From an uncultured Bacteroidota bacterium (GTDB lineage: Bacteria; Bacteroidota; Bacteroidia; Flavobacteriales; Flavobacteriaceae), in the NCBI GenBank assembly GCA_913060705.1, contig CAJXTX010000004.1, positions 7,320-71,319 of the forward strand: 64,000 bases of DNA. The letters run 5' to 3'. Made by a program: the position numbers and the translations under genes. Shown here one piece after another: positions 1 through 8,315 of this stretch. The notes beneath the pieces were generated by a model. The model was given only the letters and a program-made list of their open reading frames with translations. It made no database searches and was not told where the DNA came from. The stretch's first letter is position 1. Each line of letters starts with the position of its first letter.

Positions 1-1094
1 TGGATAGAATGGGACTTAAAGAAGGCGAAGTCATACAGCACAGTATGATGACCAAGTCTATTGAACGCGCTCAGAAAAAGGTAGAAGAGAATAATTTCGG
101 AATCCGAAAACGCCTACTCGAATACGATGATGTGATGAACGCTCAGCGTGAAGTCATTTACAAGCGCAGAAGGCACGCCTTATCTGGTAACCGTCTTAAG
201 GTCGATATTGCCAATATGATTTTTGATACCTGCGAGGCGATTGTTGAAGAAGCAAAGGCGACTGACGATTATAAGAATTTTGAATTTCAAGTTATTAGTC
301 TTTTTGGACTCTCTAACCTCATGAGTCCTGAGAAATTCAGTAAAACCTCTGTGCCCCAGTTGACAGATGAACTTTACACTCAAGCGTACAAAGCTTACGA
401 AGAGCGTATAAAAGAGCATGCTCAGGTGGCACTTCCGGTGGTTCAAACTATTTGGAACAATCCTGCCAATACCTTTAAACGTATTGTAGTGCCTTTTACT
501 GACGGACAAAAAACAATTCAAATCGTAACCGATCTAGAAAAGGCTCACGAGTCAGAAGGAGTTAGTCTAGTAGAAGATTTTGAGAAAAACAGTGCATTGG
601 CGCTCATCGATGAATCGTGGAAAGATCATCTTAGAAAAATGGATGAGCTGAAGCAATCGGTGCAGCTTGCGGTGCATGAACAGAAAGACCCACTGCTTAT
701 CTATAAGTTTGAGGCCTTTGAACTCTTTAAAGCTATGTTGACCAAGGTCAACAAAGAACTTTTAGGCTTCTTACTACGGGCTCGAATTCCATCAGAGCAG
801 CAGGGACCTATTAAAGAAGCTAGCGCTGTAAAAAAACCGAAGAGCGATAACTTACAAGTCTCAAAAGAATCTGTGCTCAATACGGATGAAATGGCCCAAA
901 GACAACGCGAAGTAGCAGCGGGAGCCGGAAGACCTCAACGGACGGCCGTTGAGACTGTTATTCGTGACAATCCTAAAATTGGTCGAAACGAACGGGTAAC
1001 CATTATACACACTATAAGCGGCGAAGAGAAAGAACTTAAATTCAAACAAGCAGAGCCCTTGTTAAATACTAAAGAATGGGTATTGAAAAGCTAA
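1..1094 (+). CDS. secA: Preprotein translocase ATPase SecA, C-terminal part (5' end outside window)
   Basis: The ORF is open to the window edge. The conserved SecA C-domain stretch is present: IERAQKKVEENNFGIRKRLLEYDDVMNAQREVIYKRR and DESWKDHLRKMDELKQSV. Confidence 0.9.
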   Translation, partial: DRMGLKEGEVIQHSMMTKSIERAQKKVEENNFGIRKRLLEYDDVMNAQREVIYKRRRHALSGNRLKVDIANMIFDTCEAIVEEAKATDDYKNFEFQVISLFGLSNLMSPEKFSKTSVPQLTDELYTQAYKAYEERIKEHAQVALPVVQTIWNNPANTFKRIVVPFTDGQKTIQIVTDLEKAHESEGVSLVEDFEKNSALALIDESWKDHLRKMDELKQSVQLAVHEQKDPLLIYKFEAFELFKAMLTKVNKELLGFLLRARIPSEQQGPIKEASAVKKPKSDNLQVSKESVLNTDEMAQRQREVAAGAGRPQRTAVETVIRDNPKIGRNERVTIIHTISGEEKELKFKQAEPLLNTKEWVLKS

Positions 1095-1097
1095 ATC

Positions 1098-1292
1098 ATG
1101 CCTAAAACCTCAAGAGAGAAGTCGGTCGTTCAACGTGAGTTCTTGCTCAGAGTGAATTATGCAGCCATCTTACTTTGTTCTGCGACTTCAATAAAATTAG
1201 GCCTTGAAGGTGACTTTTCAACGTACTTCTATGCTGGAATTGCCTTTTCTATTTTGCTGTTTGTGAATGCTAAAGCTTTGAAAAAACGTTAA
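1098..1292 (+). CDS. Small hypothetical membrane protein (64 aa, two hydrophobic segments)
   Basis: The ORF fits exactly between secA (3-nt gap) and msrA (1-nt gap). It has hydrophobic stretches. No family was recognised. Confidence 0.4.
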   Translation: MPKTSREKSVVQREFLLRVNYAAILLCSATSIKLGLEGDFSTYFYAGIAFSILLFVNAKALKKR

Positions 1293-1293
1293 T

Positions 1294-1938
1294 ATGAAAG
1301 TCAACATTTTAGGTTTAGGTCTTTTGCTTTTATGGTCTTGTTCTGCACGTAGCCAAACAGAAAAGTCGTACCCTATCAATGATCCTTCATTAGAGGTGGC
1401 CTATTTTGCCTCAGGTTGTTTTTGGTGTGTGGAGGCTATTTTTGAAAGCGTTCAAGGGGTAGAAGAAGCTATTTCGGGTTATTCAGGAGGTACTGAAAAA
1501 AACCCAACCTATCGCGAGGTAAGTTACGGTAGAACAACCCATGCCGAGGCAGTTGCCGTGTACTACAACCCCGACGAGGTGAGCTTCAGCGAGCTGTTAA
1601 CCGTTTTCTTTGTTTCACACGATCCCACCACACTTAATCGTCAGGGCCCTGACCGAGGTACCCAGTATCGATCGATCGCCTTTTACCAAAATGATGTTGA
1701 GCGCCAGTTGATCGAATCCTATATCAATGCCCTAAATGAAGCGGGAGTGTATAGAAATCCTATTGTTACTGAAATCAAAGCGTTTACCGTTTTTTACGAA
1801 GCCGAGGGATACCATCAAGACTATGAAAAAAACAATCCCAACGACCCCTATATCCGAAATGTTTCAATTCCTCGCCTCAATCGCTTTAAAGAGGCATTAC
1901 CACAATTATTAAAGCCTGAAGCCAAGAATGAGCACTAA
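1294..1938 (+). CDS. msrA: Peptide-methionine (S)-S-oxide reductase MsrA with N-terminal signal peptide (possible lipobox LWSC)
   Basis: It has the GCFWC active-site motif and the conserved blocks THAEAVAVYYNP and GPDRGTQYRS. The N-terminus MKVNILGLGLLLLWSC is hydrophobic. Confidence 0.9.
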   Translation: MKVNILGLGLLLLWSCSARSQTEKSYPINDPSLEVAYFASGCFWCVEAIFESVQGVEEAISGYSGGTEKNPTYREVSYGRTTHAEAVAVYYNPDEVSFSELLTVFFVSHDPTTLNRQGPDRGTQYRSIAFYQNDVERQLIESYINALNEAGVYRNPIVTEIKAFTVFYEAEGYHQDYEKNNPNDPYIRNVSIPRLNRFKEALPQLLKPEAKNEH

Positions 1939-2899
1939 TCAAGAAGTCGTTACCCACTCACTCCTGTCTATCGTTATCCCAGTATTTAACGAAGAAGACA
2001 ACGTAGTGCTTCTCACCGAAAAAATTCACGAGAGTCTCAATGGGTATACCTATGAGATCGTATTTGTAAATGACTTTTCGACCGACGAAACGGTACAGCG
2101 CATTAAAAAAATGAACGACCCACTAGTTCATCTCATCGAATTGAAGAAGAATTACGGTCAAAGCTTGGCATTAGCAGCAGGAATCGATTACGCCAATGGC
2201 GAACACATTATCACGATGGATGGAGACTTGCAAAATGACCCTTGCGATATCCCCAACATGCTTAAAGTAGCCATTGAAGAACATTACGATTTAGTGACGG
2301 GGATACGTCAGAAAAGAAAAGACAGTTGGCTAAAGACCATCCCATCTAAAGTGGCCAATTTCTTGGTCCGCAAAGTGACAAGCCTTTCGATTAAAGACAA
2401 CGGCTGCGCCTTAAAGGTATTTAGTAGAGATATTGCCAAGAATCTCAATCTGTATGGAGAAATGCACCGTTTTATTACTCTTTTGGCCTACCTCGAGGGT
2501 GCACAGATCAAACAGGTACCCGTTAGCCATCATGCGCGTCATGCAGGCGTCTCTAAATACGGGCTCGAGCGCGTGTTCAAAGTAGTAGCTGACATGATGC
2601 TTCTGTTATTCATTCGAAAGTATCTTCAACGTCCTATACACCTCTTTGGAATCTTCGGATTCTTTCTCATCCTCATCGGTCTAGGCATAAATGCATGGTT
2701 GATTATTGAGAAGTTCTATTTTGGGCAAGATATCGGTCAACGCCCTCTCTTAATCTTTGGGCTGATGTTTATTCTCGCAGGGGTACAGTTATTTACGATC
2801 GGAATCGTTATGGAGATGCTGATCCGTACCTATTACGAATCTCAGAGCAAGCGTCCGTATCGCCTCAAGGGAGTCTGGAATTCTAAGAACGATGCCTAA
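1928..2899 (+). CDS. Family 2 glycosyltransferase, polyprenyl-phosphate sugar synthase type (ArnC/GtrB/DPM1-like) with two C-terminal TM helices
   Basis: Motifs are SIVIPVFNEE, the DxD motif MDGDLQND and KNYGQS. The C-terminal tail is hydrophobic. It overlaps msrA by 11 nt. Confidence 0.85.
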   Translation: MSTNQEVVTHSLLSIVIPVFNEEDNVVLLTEKIHESLNGYTYEIVFVNDFSTDETVQRIKKMNDPLVHLIELKKNYGQSLALAAGIDYANGEHIITMDGDLQNDPCDIPNMLKVAIEEHYDLVTGIRQKRKDSWLKTIPSKVANFLVRKVTSLSIKDNGCALKVFSRDIAKNLNLYGEMHRFITLLAYLEGAQIKQVPVSHHARHAGVSKYGLERVFKVVADMMLLLFIRKYLQRPIHLFGIFGFFLILIGLGINAWLIIEKFYFGQDIGQRPLLIFGLMFILAGVQLFTIGIVMEMLIRTYYESQSKRPYRLKGVWNSKNDA

Positions 2900-3776
2900 G
2901 GGTACTAAAGCATTTAAAACGACACTCAAGGTTATCGTAAGCCTTTTGCTGCTCTACTTTGTCTTTTCTAAGCTCGGAACAAAAGCGCTGTATAATACCC
3001 TCAAACAGGTTTCAATCCTACACTTTGTGGTTGCTTTTTTACTGGTCCTTGCTTCAAAAGCGATTGCGCACCTAAGATTACTTCATTACCTAAACGCCAT
3101 TACCATTAACATTCCCCGTCTCACCCACTGGAAGTTATATCTGCAGGGAATGTTTTACAATCTATTCTTACCGGGCGGAATCGGAGGCGATGCCTACAAA
3201 GGGTACATTCTCTCTAAAGAGTTTGATGTCAAAACCAAAAATATCATCAGTGCATTAGTCGTTGATCGTCTGAGCGGAATGATGGCCCTGGGCACTTACA
3301 CCCTTATTTTGTTCAGCGCCTATTTAAGTCGTTATCCGATTGAGGTCATACCCGAATCTCTCGTTTATACAGGTCTTCTTTCTCCATTAATAATAGCCGG
3401 TTTCTATGGGCTTAATAAACTTTGGTTCAAAGCAACGCTAAAGGCCTTCAAAACGACAACCTTATTATCCTTTGCATTACAAGGACTTCAAATTTTAGCC
3501 ACGTACCTACTATTAGTCGGATTAGGTGAATCTCAAAAAGATTGGGGGTATTTGCTACTCTTTACGCTGTCATCGGTAGTATCTGTACTGCCCATCAGCC
3601 TAGGCGGAATTGGTCTTAGAGAATTGACGTTTTTTTACGGAGCACAATGGCTTTTCATTGATACCGAAACGGCCGTCGCACTGAGTCTCTTATTTTTTAG
3701 TGCAAATGCCCTCGTTTCACTGCTCGGACTTCGCTACCATCTTCAGCCACCTTTTCAAAGAACCTCTAAGGTTTAG
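2892..3776 (+). CDS. UPF0104 / lysyl-PG-synthase-TM-like flippase-like integral membrane protein
   Basis: It is polytopic and carries the family-typical LPGGIGGDAYKGY motif. It overlaps the GT2 gene by 8 nt. Confidence 0.7.
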   Translation: MPKGTKAFKTTLKVIVSLLLLYFVFSKLGTKALYNTLKQVSILHFVVAFLLVLASKAIAHLRLLHYLNAITINIPRLTHWKLYLQGMFYNLFLPGGIGGDAYKGYILSKEFDVKTKNIISALVVDRLSGMMALGTYTLILFSAYLSRYPIEVIPESLVYTGLLSPLIIAGFYGLNKLWFKATLKAFKTTTLLSFALQGLQILATYLLLVGLGESQKDWGYLLLFTLSSVVSVLPISLGGIGLRELTFFYGAQWLFIDTETAVALSLLFFSANALVSLLGLRYHLQPPFQRTSKV

Positions 3777-5383
3777 GGGACAATCATGATGCGCTTCAGA
3801 GAAAGTTGTTCCTCACGACTGCTTTTTTTGAGAAATGAAATGCTTAACTGGGTAATCCGAAAATGAGAAGCACTTGCCCATTCAACAGCATGAGGATACA
3901 GGGCCTTAAACGACGCATAATGCTTCGTGTCTACATAAACATAAGCTCCAGATGAAAGCGAATGAATGTCGTAAGTATGCTTAGGAACACTAAGTTGTTT
4001 TCTTCCGAATTCAAGAGACCATAAATAGTCGTCAGAGTAATTAAACACTTTTGCCTCAGTCGGTATTCTATCCGTTAAAACTTGACCCGATTGATAGTTC
4101 AGAAGTTGAGGATAAAAATGAATAAAGGCCATTGCGTTAAACAACAATGCACTACCTATCCATCCAAATGTCAGACCAGCTGTTTTTCTCATTTTAAGGT
4201 AAAGCAGCAGGGCTCCCCATCCTAATGCGACACCTACCGTCGTAAGTGTCGGTGTAAAGACAACCCATAAGATCAATACCGAAGCTCCATAGAGTATAGC
4301 GATACCTAAATGGGCTATTTTAAGCCCTGCTATGCGGCTATCTTGACTTAAGTCCTCAAGTTCTCTAGCGGTTAGTAAGGCGAATAAAGGCATGAGGATA
4401 TTGAGGTAATGCGGTAGCTTAAACTGCGATGCACTCATCAGCAAAAACAAAGGGATCAAAGCCATCCCAGCAAAGAACAAGGGTTGTCGTGAACCAAAGG
4501 AGCGCCTAAATACATTCACCCATCCCTTCAAGGTATAGAAGGTAAAAGGTAGTAGCACCCAAAGCAGCGTGTGAAAAAAGAAAAAGTAACCACTCGAGCT
4601 TTTCCCATGCCCCGTTCCACTAAGACGCTCGAAACTCTGATCCCACAGAATAAAGCGTATACCACTTCGCCCCGAAAGTCCGCGAATCACCTTCTCAGGG
4701 TGTAGATCGAATTGTTGGTAATACGCGTAAAGTATAGGGGTTATGGTTAGTGCAAATACAGCGAGAGCACCCACTACTTTAATGGAAAACAGCGAACGGA
4801 TGCGGCCCTCAACTAAAGCATAACTCAATACGGCAAACCCCAAAACCACCAAAGCAATCATCCCTTTGGTAGAAAACGCCAGTCCTGCGGCTGTAGCGCC
4901 GATGAGTGCATCACTCCATTTTAGGTATCGAACATAGCTTATCAGTTTCCATAAGGCTATTGCAACGAACGAAGAGAGCAAACTATCGGTTCTAAGATCG
5001 AATGAGGCTAACACCATGGTTTGAAAGGAGAGAAACACAAATGCGCTCCATCTTCCAAGCATTTTAGACTTCAGTTGAGCTCCAAGCCTATAGAGCGCAT
5101 AGGCTCCAGCAATAAGGGCTAAAAACGATGGCAAACGATAGGCCCAGGCAGCATAGCCGAATAGTTTAAAGCTAATAGCTGCAAGCCAGTAATGCATATG
5201 CGGCTTATCCAGATAATCTAGCCCATCCTTGAACAAATGGATAAAATCATTCTCTTGAGCCATCCGCATGGCCATCACCGCAAATTGTGCCGAGTCGTTT
5301 TCCATCAAAGGCATAAAAAGCGCTATGAGATAAACGAAACCCAGCATCGCCCATAAGTGATATGGAATTGTTTTCTGTATCAT
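3773..5383 (-). CDS. ArnT/PMT_2-like GT-C fold glycosyltransferase (polyprenyl-phosphate-sugar dependent)
   Basis: It is a polytopic membrane protein. The N-terminal acidic loop ENDSAQFAVMAMRM is followed by YLDKPHMHYW, matching the ArnT-type YxxKPPLxxW block. Confidence 0.75.
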   Translation of the reverse strand: MIQKTIPYHLWAMLGFVYLIALFMPLMENDSAQFAVMAMRMAQENDFIHLFKDGLDYLDKPHMHYWLAAISFKLFGYAAWAYRLPSFLALIAGAYALYRLGAQLKSKMLGRWSAFVFLSFQTMVLASFDLRTDSLLSSFVAIALWKLISYVRYLKWSDALIGATAAGLAFSTKGMIALVVLGFAVLSYALVEGRIRSLFSIKVVGALAVFALTITPILYAYYQQFDLHPEKVIRGLSGRSGIRFILWDQSFERLSGTGHGKSSSGYFFFFHTLLWVLLPFTFYTLKGWVNVFRRSFGSRQPLFFAGMALIPLFLLMSASQFKLPHYLNILMPLFALLTARELEDLSQDSRIAGLKIAHLGIAILYGASVLILWVVFTPTLTTVGVALGWGALLLYLKMRKTAGLTFGWIGSALLFNAMAFIHFYPQLLNYQSGQVLTDRIPTEAKVFNYSDDYLWSLEFGRKQLSVPKHTYDIHSLSSGAYVYVDTKHYASFKALYPHAVEWASASHFRITQLSISFLKKSSREEQLSLKRIMIVP

Positions 5384-5940
5384 TCAGCTAAGACCCACTT
5401 GCGATATGCCATTGCGAATAAGGTGCCCCATAAGGTGCCAAAACAAGCCCCGACGATAATATCTGAGGGATAATGAACCCCTAAATACACGCGGCTAAAT
5501 GCCAGTAATGCCGCCCATAAAAACAGCAATAGAAATGCCTTATTAAAACGTTTTAGGATAAAAGCAAAAAAGGTCACCGATGCGAAACCATTCGAGGCAT
5601 GCCCTGAGTAAAAACTAAACTGACCCCCACAGTAATTGAGTGGACGAAGCAAGGATGAAATTTCAGGATCATGGCAGGGTCTAAGACGCATAAATCCTTC
5701 TTTAAAAAGATTCGTCATTTGGTCTGAAATCGTGATCAGCACGACCGTACCTAGCACCAATAAGCCGAACTTTCTCCAGCCTAATAGGCGCTGAGAAAAA
5801 ATCAGAATCAAGAGGTAAAGCGGCCATCCATTCTCTTTCTTGGTGATAAAGAGCCAAAAGGCATCTAGGCCTGAGGTCCCAAAACCCTGAACCCACAAGA
5901 GCAAAGAACGATCAATCTGCTGAATCGCTTCTATCATCAA
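5380..5940 (-). CDS. PAP2 family lipid phosphatase
   Basis: All three PAP2 motifs are present: KEGFMRLRP, SGHAS and SRVYLGVHYPSD. It is a membrane protein. There is a 4-nt overlap with the downstream GT-C gene. Confidence 0.85.
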   Translation of the reverse strand: MMIEAIQQIDRSLLLWVQGFGTSGLDAFWLFITKKENGWPLYLLILIFSQRLLGWRKFGLLVLGTVVLITISDQMTNLFKEGFMRLRPCHDPEISSLLRPLNYCGGQFSFYSGHASNGFASVTFFAFILKRFNKAFLLLFLWAALLAFSRVYLGVHYPSDIIVGACFGTLWGTLFAMAYRKWVLAE

Positions 5941-6164
5941 GCATCAAACTGTTCCATTTCACTATCGTAAAAAGAGAGCGCTTCATCAATAAGTACAATG
6001 CTCTCCTTCTCTAGCTCATCTATATCCTCTTGATCAAAAGCCTCAAACCAGGTCACCTCATCGTTGGTAACATTCAATAGGAACCTCGGGTACTCTGTGT
6101 GCAACACATAAACAGTGTCAGGAAATTGAGAGTGATCAGCCAATAAAAACTTAGGGAGTGACAT
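5937..6164 (-). CDS. Small acidic hypothetical protein (75 aa)
   Basis: The ORF overlaps the MATE stop by 14 nt and the PAP2 start by 4 nt. No family was recognised. Confidence 0.5.
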   Translation of the reverse strand: MSLPKFLLADHSQFPDTVYVLHTEYPRFLLNVTNDEVTWFEAFDQEDIDELEKESIVLIDEALSFYDSEMEQFDA

Positions 6165-7539
6165 AATGAATACGATGTGTTTTAGACAAATACTGAAATC
6201 GAAGGTACAACAATAAGGCAGAGACTGTAAGCCCTAAGGTCAGTCCTATCCATATACCTTGAGAGGCTAGCGCGGTATGCAATCCCAGATAATAACATAC
6301 GGGAAACCCAACCAGCCAATAGGCGACAAACGTAATGTAGGCGGTGAAGTTGACGTCTTGCATGCCTCTTAAGGCCCCAATAATTACGACCTGTAAACCA
6401 TCAAATAATTGAAAAACTGCCGCCCATAGAAGTAATTCACTTGCTAAGGCCATCACTATGAGGTTATCGGCTCTATTTAAAGGGTCGTTTGCATCGAGAT
6501 ATAGCTCAGGAAGTACATGACGTGCTGCTAGAAAAACTATAGCGAAGAGCAACTCTATCACAACGGTTAAAAAGAAAATAGATTGAGCCACCTCGTTCAA
6601 ACGTCTATAGTCTTTTCTACCCTTTTGATTGCCAACACGAATCATGGCAGCAACATTTAACCCGATTCCAACCATATAGGTCATAGAGGCCAAATTCAAG
6701 GCAATTTGATTTGCCGCTTGGTATAAGGTTCCTAAAATACCGCTCAACCAAATGGCAGAAGTAAAGAGGGTCACCTCAAAAAACACCTGAAAAGATGAAG
6801 GCAGTCCTAAGGCGAGAATGCGCCTTGAAAATCTCCAACTCACCAATCGCCATCTTAAATCCGTCAAGAAAGGTGAGAAATAGGTCGATCTTTTTAAAAA
6901 AACAATGAGCAAGATCAGCATAAACACCCTTGAAATAAGGGTCCCCAAGGCAGCCCCTGCAACTCCCATTTGCGGAAATCCGTGGTTTCCAAAAATGAGG
7001 AGGTAATTCAGGACTACGTTAAGCAAGTTCCCAATGATAGAGGCATACATGGGTAAACGTGTTCGTGAAAGTCCGTCACACAACTGCTTGATGGCCTGAA
7101 ATAACATAAGAGGAATGAGCGATACGCCAACAATACTCAAAAACGGAACCGCAAAAACGAGCACCTCTTCAGGTTGTTTCATTTTGTGAAGTAGGGGGAC
7201 AGAAAGCAGTACCACCCCCGTAAGCAATACTCCAACAATACCACAAATGAGCACACCGTGTTTAAACACCTTTTTAATTTCAAAGCTCTTTTTAAACCCG
7301 TCTGCCTCTGCAATAAGAGGCGTAATGGCGGTAGACAAGCCTAAGCCAACCGACATCGCGATGAATAAAAAGCTATTTCCGAGTGAAACGGCAGCGAGTT
7401 CTGCAGGCCCTAATTGACCCACCATGATATTATCGGCAAATGCGACCAAGGTATGTCCTAGCATTCCAAGGACTACAGGCGTCGCAAGTTTGAGGTTATA
7501 CGGAACCTCTGCCCAATGCCTTTTTAGCGTGGTAATCAT
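6151..7539 (-). CDS. MATE family efflux transporter (MOP superfamily)
   Basis: It is a 462-aa polytopic protein. The typical MATE N-terminus is KLATPVVLGMLGHTLVAFADNIMVGQLG. Confidence 0.9.
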   Translation of the reverse strand: MITTLKRHWAEVPYNLKLATPVVLGMLGHTLVAFADNIMVGQLGPAELAAVSLGNSFLFIAMSVGLGLSTAITPLIAEADGFKKSFEIKKVFKHGVLICGIVGVLLTGVVLLSVPLLHKMKQPEEVLVFAVPFLSIVGVSLIPLMLFQAIKQLCDGLSRTRLPMYASIIGNLLNVVLNYLLIFGNHGFPQMGVAGAALGTLISRVFMLILLIVFLKRSTYFSPFLTDLRWRLVSWRFSRRILALGLPSSFQVFFEVTLFTSAIWLSGILGTLYQAANQIALNLASMTYMVGIGLNVAAMIRVGNQKGRKDYRRLNEVAQSIFFLTVVIELLFAIVFLAARHVLPELYLDANDPLNRADNLIVMALASELLLWAAVFQLFDGLQVVIIGALRGMQDVNFTAYITFVAYWLVGFPVCYYLGLHTALASQGIWIGLTLGLTVSALLLYLRFQYLSKTHRIHYVTP

Positions 7540-8315
7540 AGTTTCTTAGCCTCATTCCAAAGTTGATCCATCTCCTCAAGACTCATGGCTGATAATGAGG
7601 TATTCATTTTTTGCGCCTGATCTTCGATGTATTGAAATCTCTTTATAAACTTCTTATTGGTCGCCTCTAGGGCATTTTCAGGGTTGATCTTTAAGAAACG
7701 TGAGAGATTGATCATTGAGAATAGCAAATCGCCAAATTCTTCTTCCATTTTCGAAGAAGCACCTTTTTGAACCTCCTCTTCAAATTCACCCCACTCCTCT
7801 TTCACCTTATTAATGACTTGTTCGGTTTGCTCCCATTCAAATCCGACTCCCGCAGCCTTTTCTTGAATGCGCTGAGCCTTAATCACTGAAGACAACCCTC
7901 TTGGCACCCCCTGAAGCACTGATTTTTTACCTTCTTTCAGTTTGAGCTTTTCCCAATTTTGTTTGACCTCTTCTTCATTCTCTACCTGAACATCTCCGTA
8001 AATATGGGGGTGTCTTGAAATGAGCTTCTCACAGATTCCATTGGCTACATCAGCAATATCGAAGGCTTTAATCTCTGCTCCTAATTTGGAATAAAACACA
8101 ATATGCAAGAGCAAATCTCCTAGCTCTTTCTTTACCTCTTCTAAATCATTATCTGCTATGGCGTCTGCCAGCTCATACGTTTCTTCAAGGGTGAGCGTGC
8201 GCAAAGAATCAAAGGTCTGTTTCTTATCCCATGGACACTTTTCTCGAAGATCATTCATGATATCGAGCAGTCTAGAGAAAGCTTCAAGTTGTTGTTTTCT
8301 GGTATTCTCAGGCAT
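7536..8315 (-). CDS. mazG: Nucleoside triphosphate pyrophosphohydrolase MazG
   Basis: It has tandem MazG domains with LEETYELADAI and EEFGDLLFSMIN, plus CPWDKKQT near the N-terminus. Confidence 0.9.
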   Translation of the reverse strand: MPENTRKQQLEAFSRLLDIMNDLREKCPWDKKQTFDSLRTLTLEETYELADAIADNDLEEVKKELGDLLLHIVFYSKLGAEIKAFDIADVANGICEKLISRHPHIYGDVQVENEEEVKQNWEKLKLKEGKKSVLQGVPRGLSSVIKAQRIQEKAAGVGFEWEQTEQVINKVKEEWGEFEEEVQKGASSKMEEEFGDLLFSMINLSRFLKINPENALEATNKKFIKRFQYIEDQAQKMNTSLSAMSLEEMDQLWNEAKKL

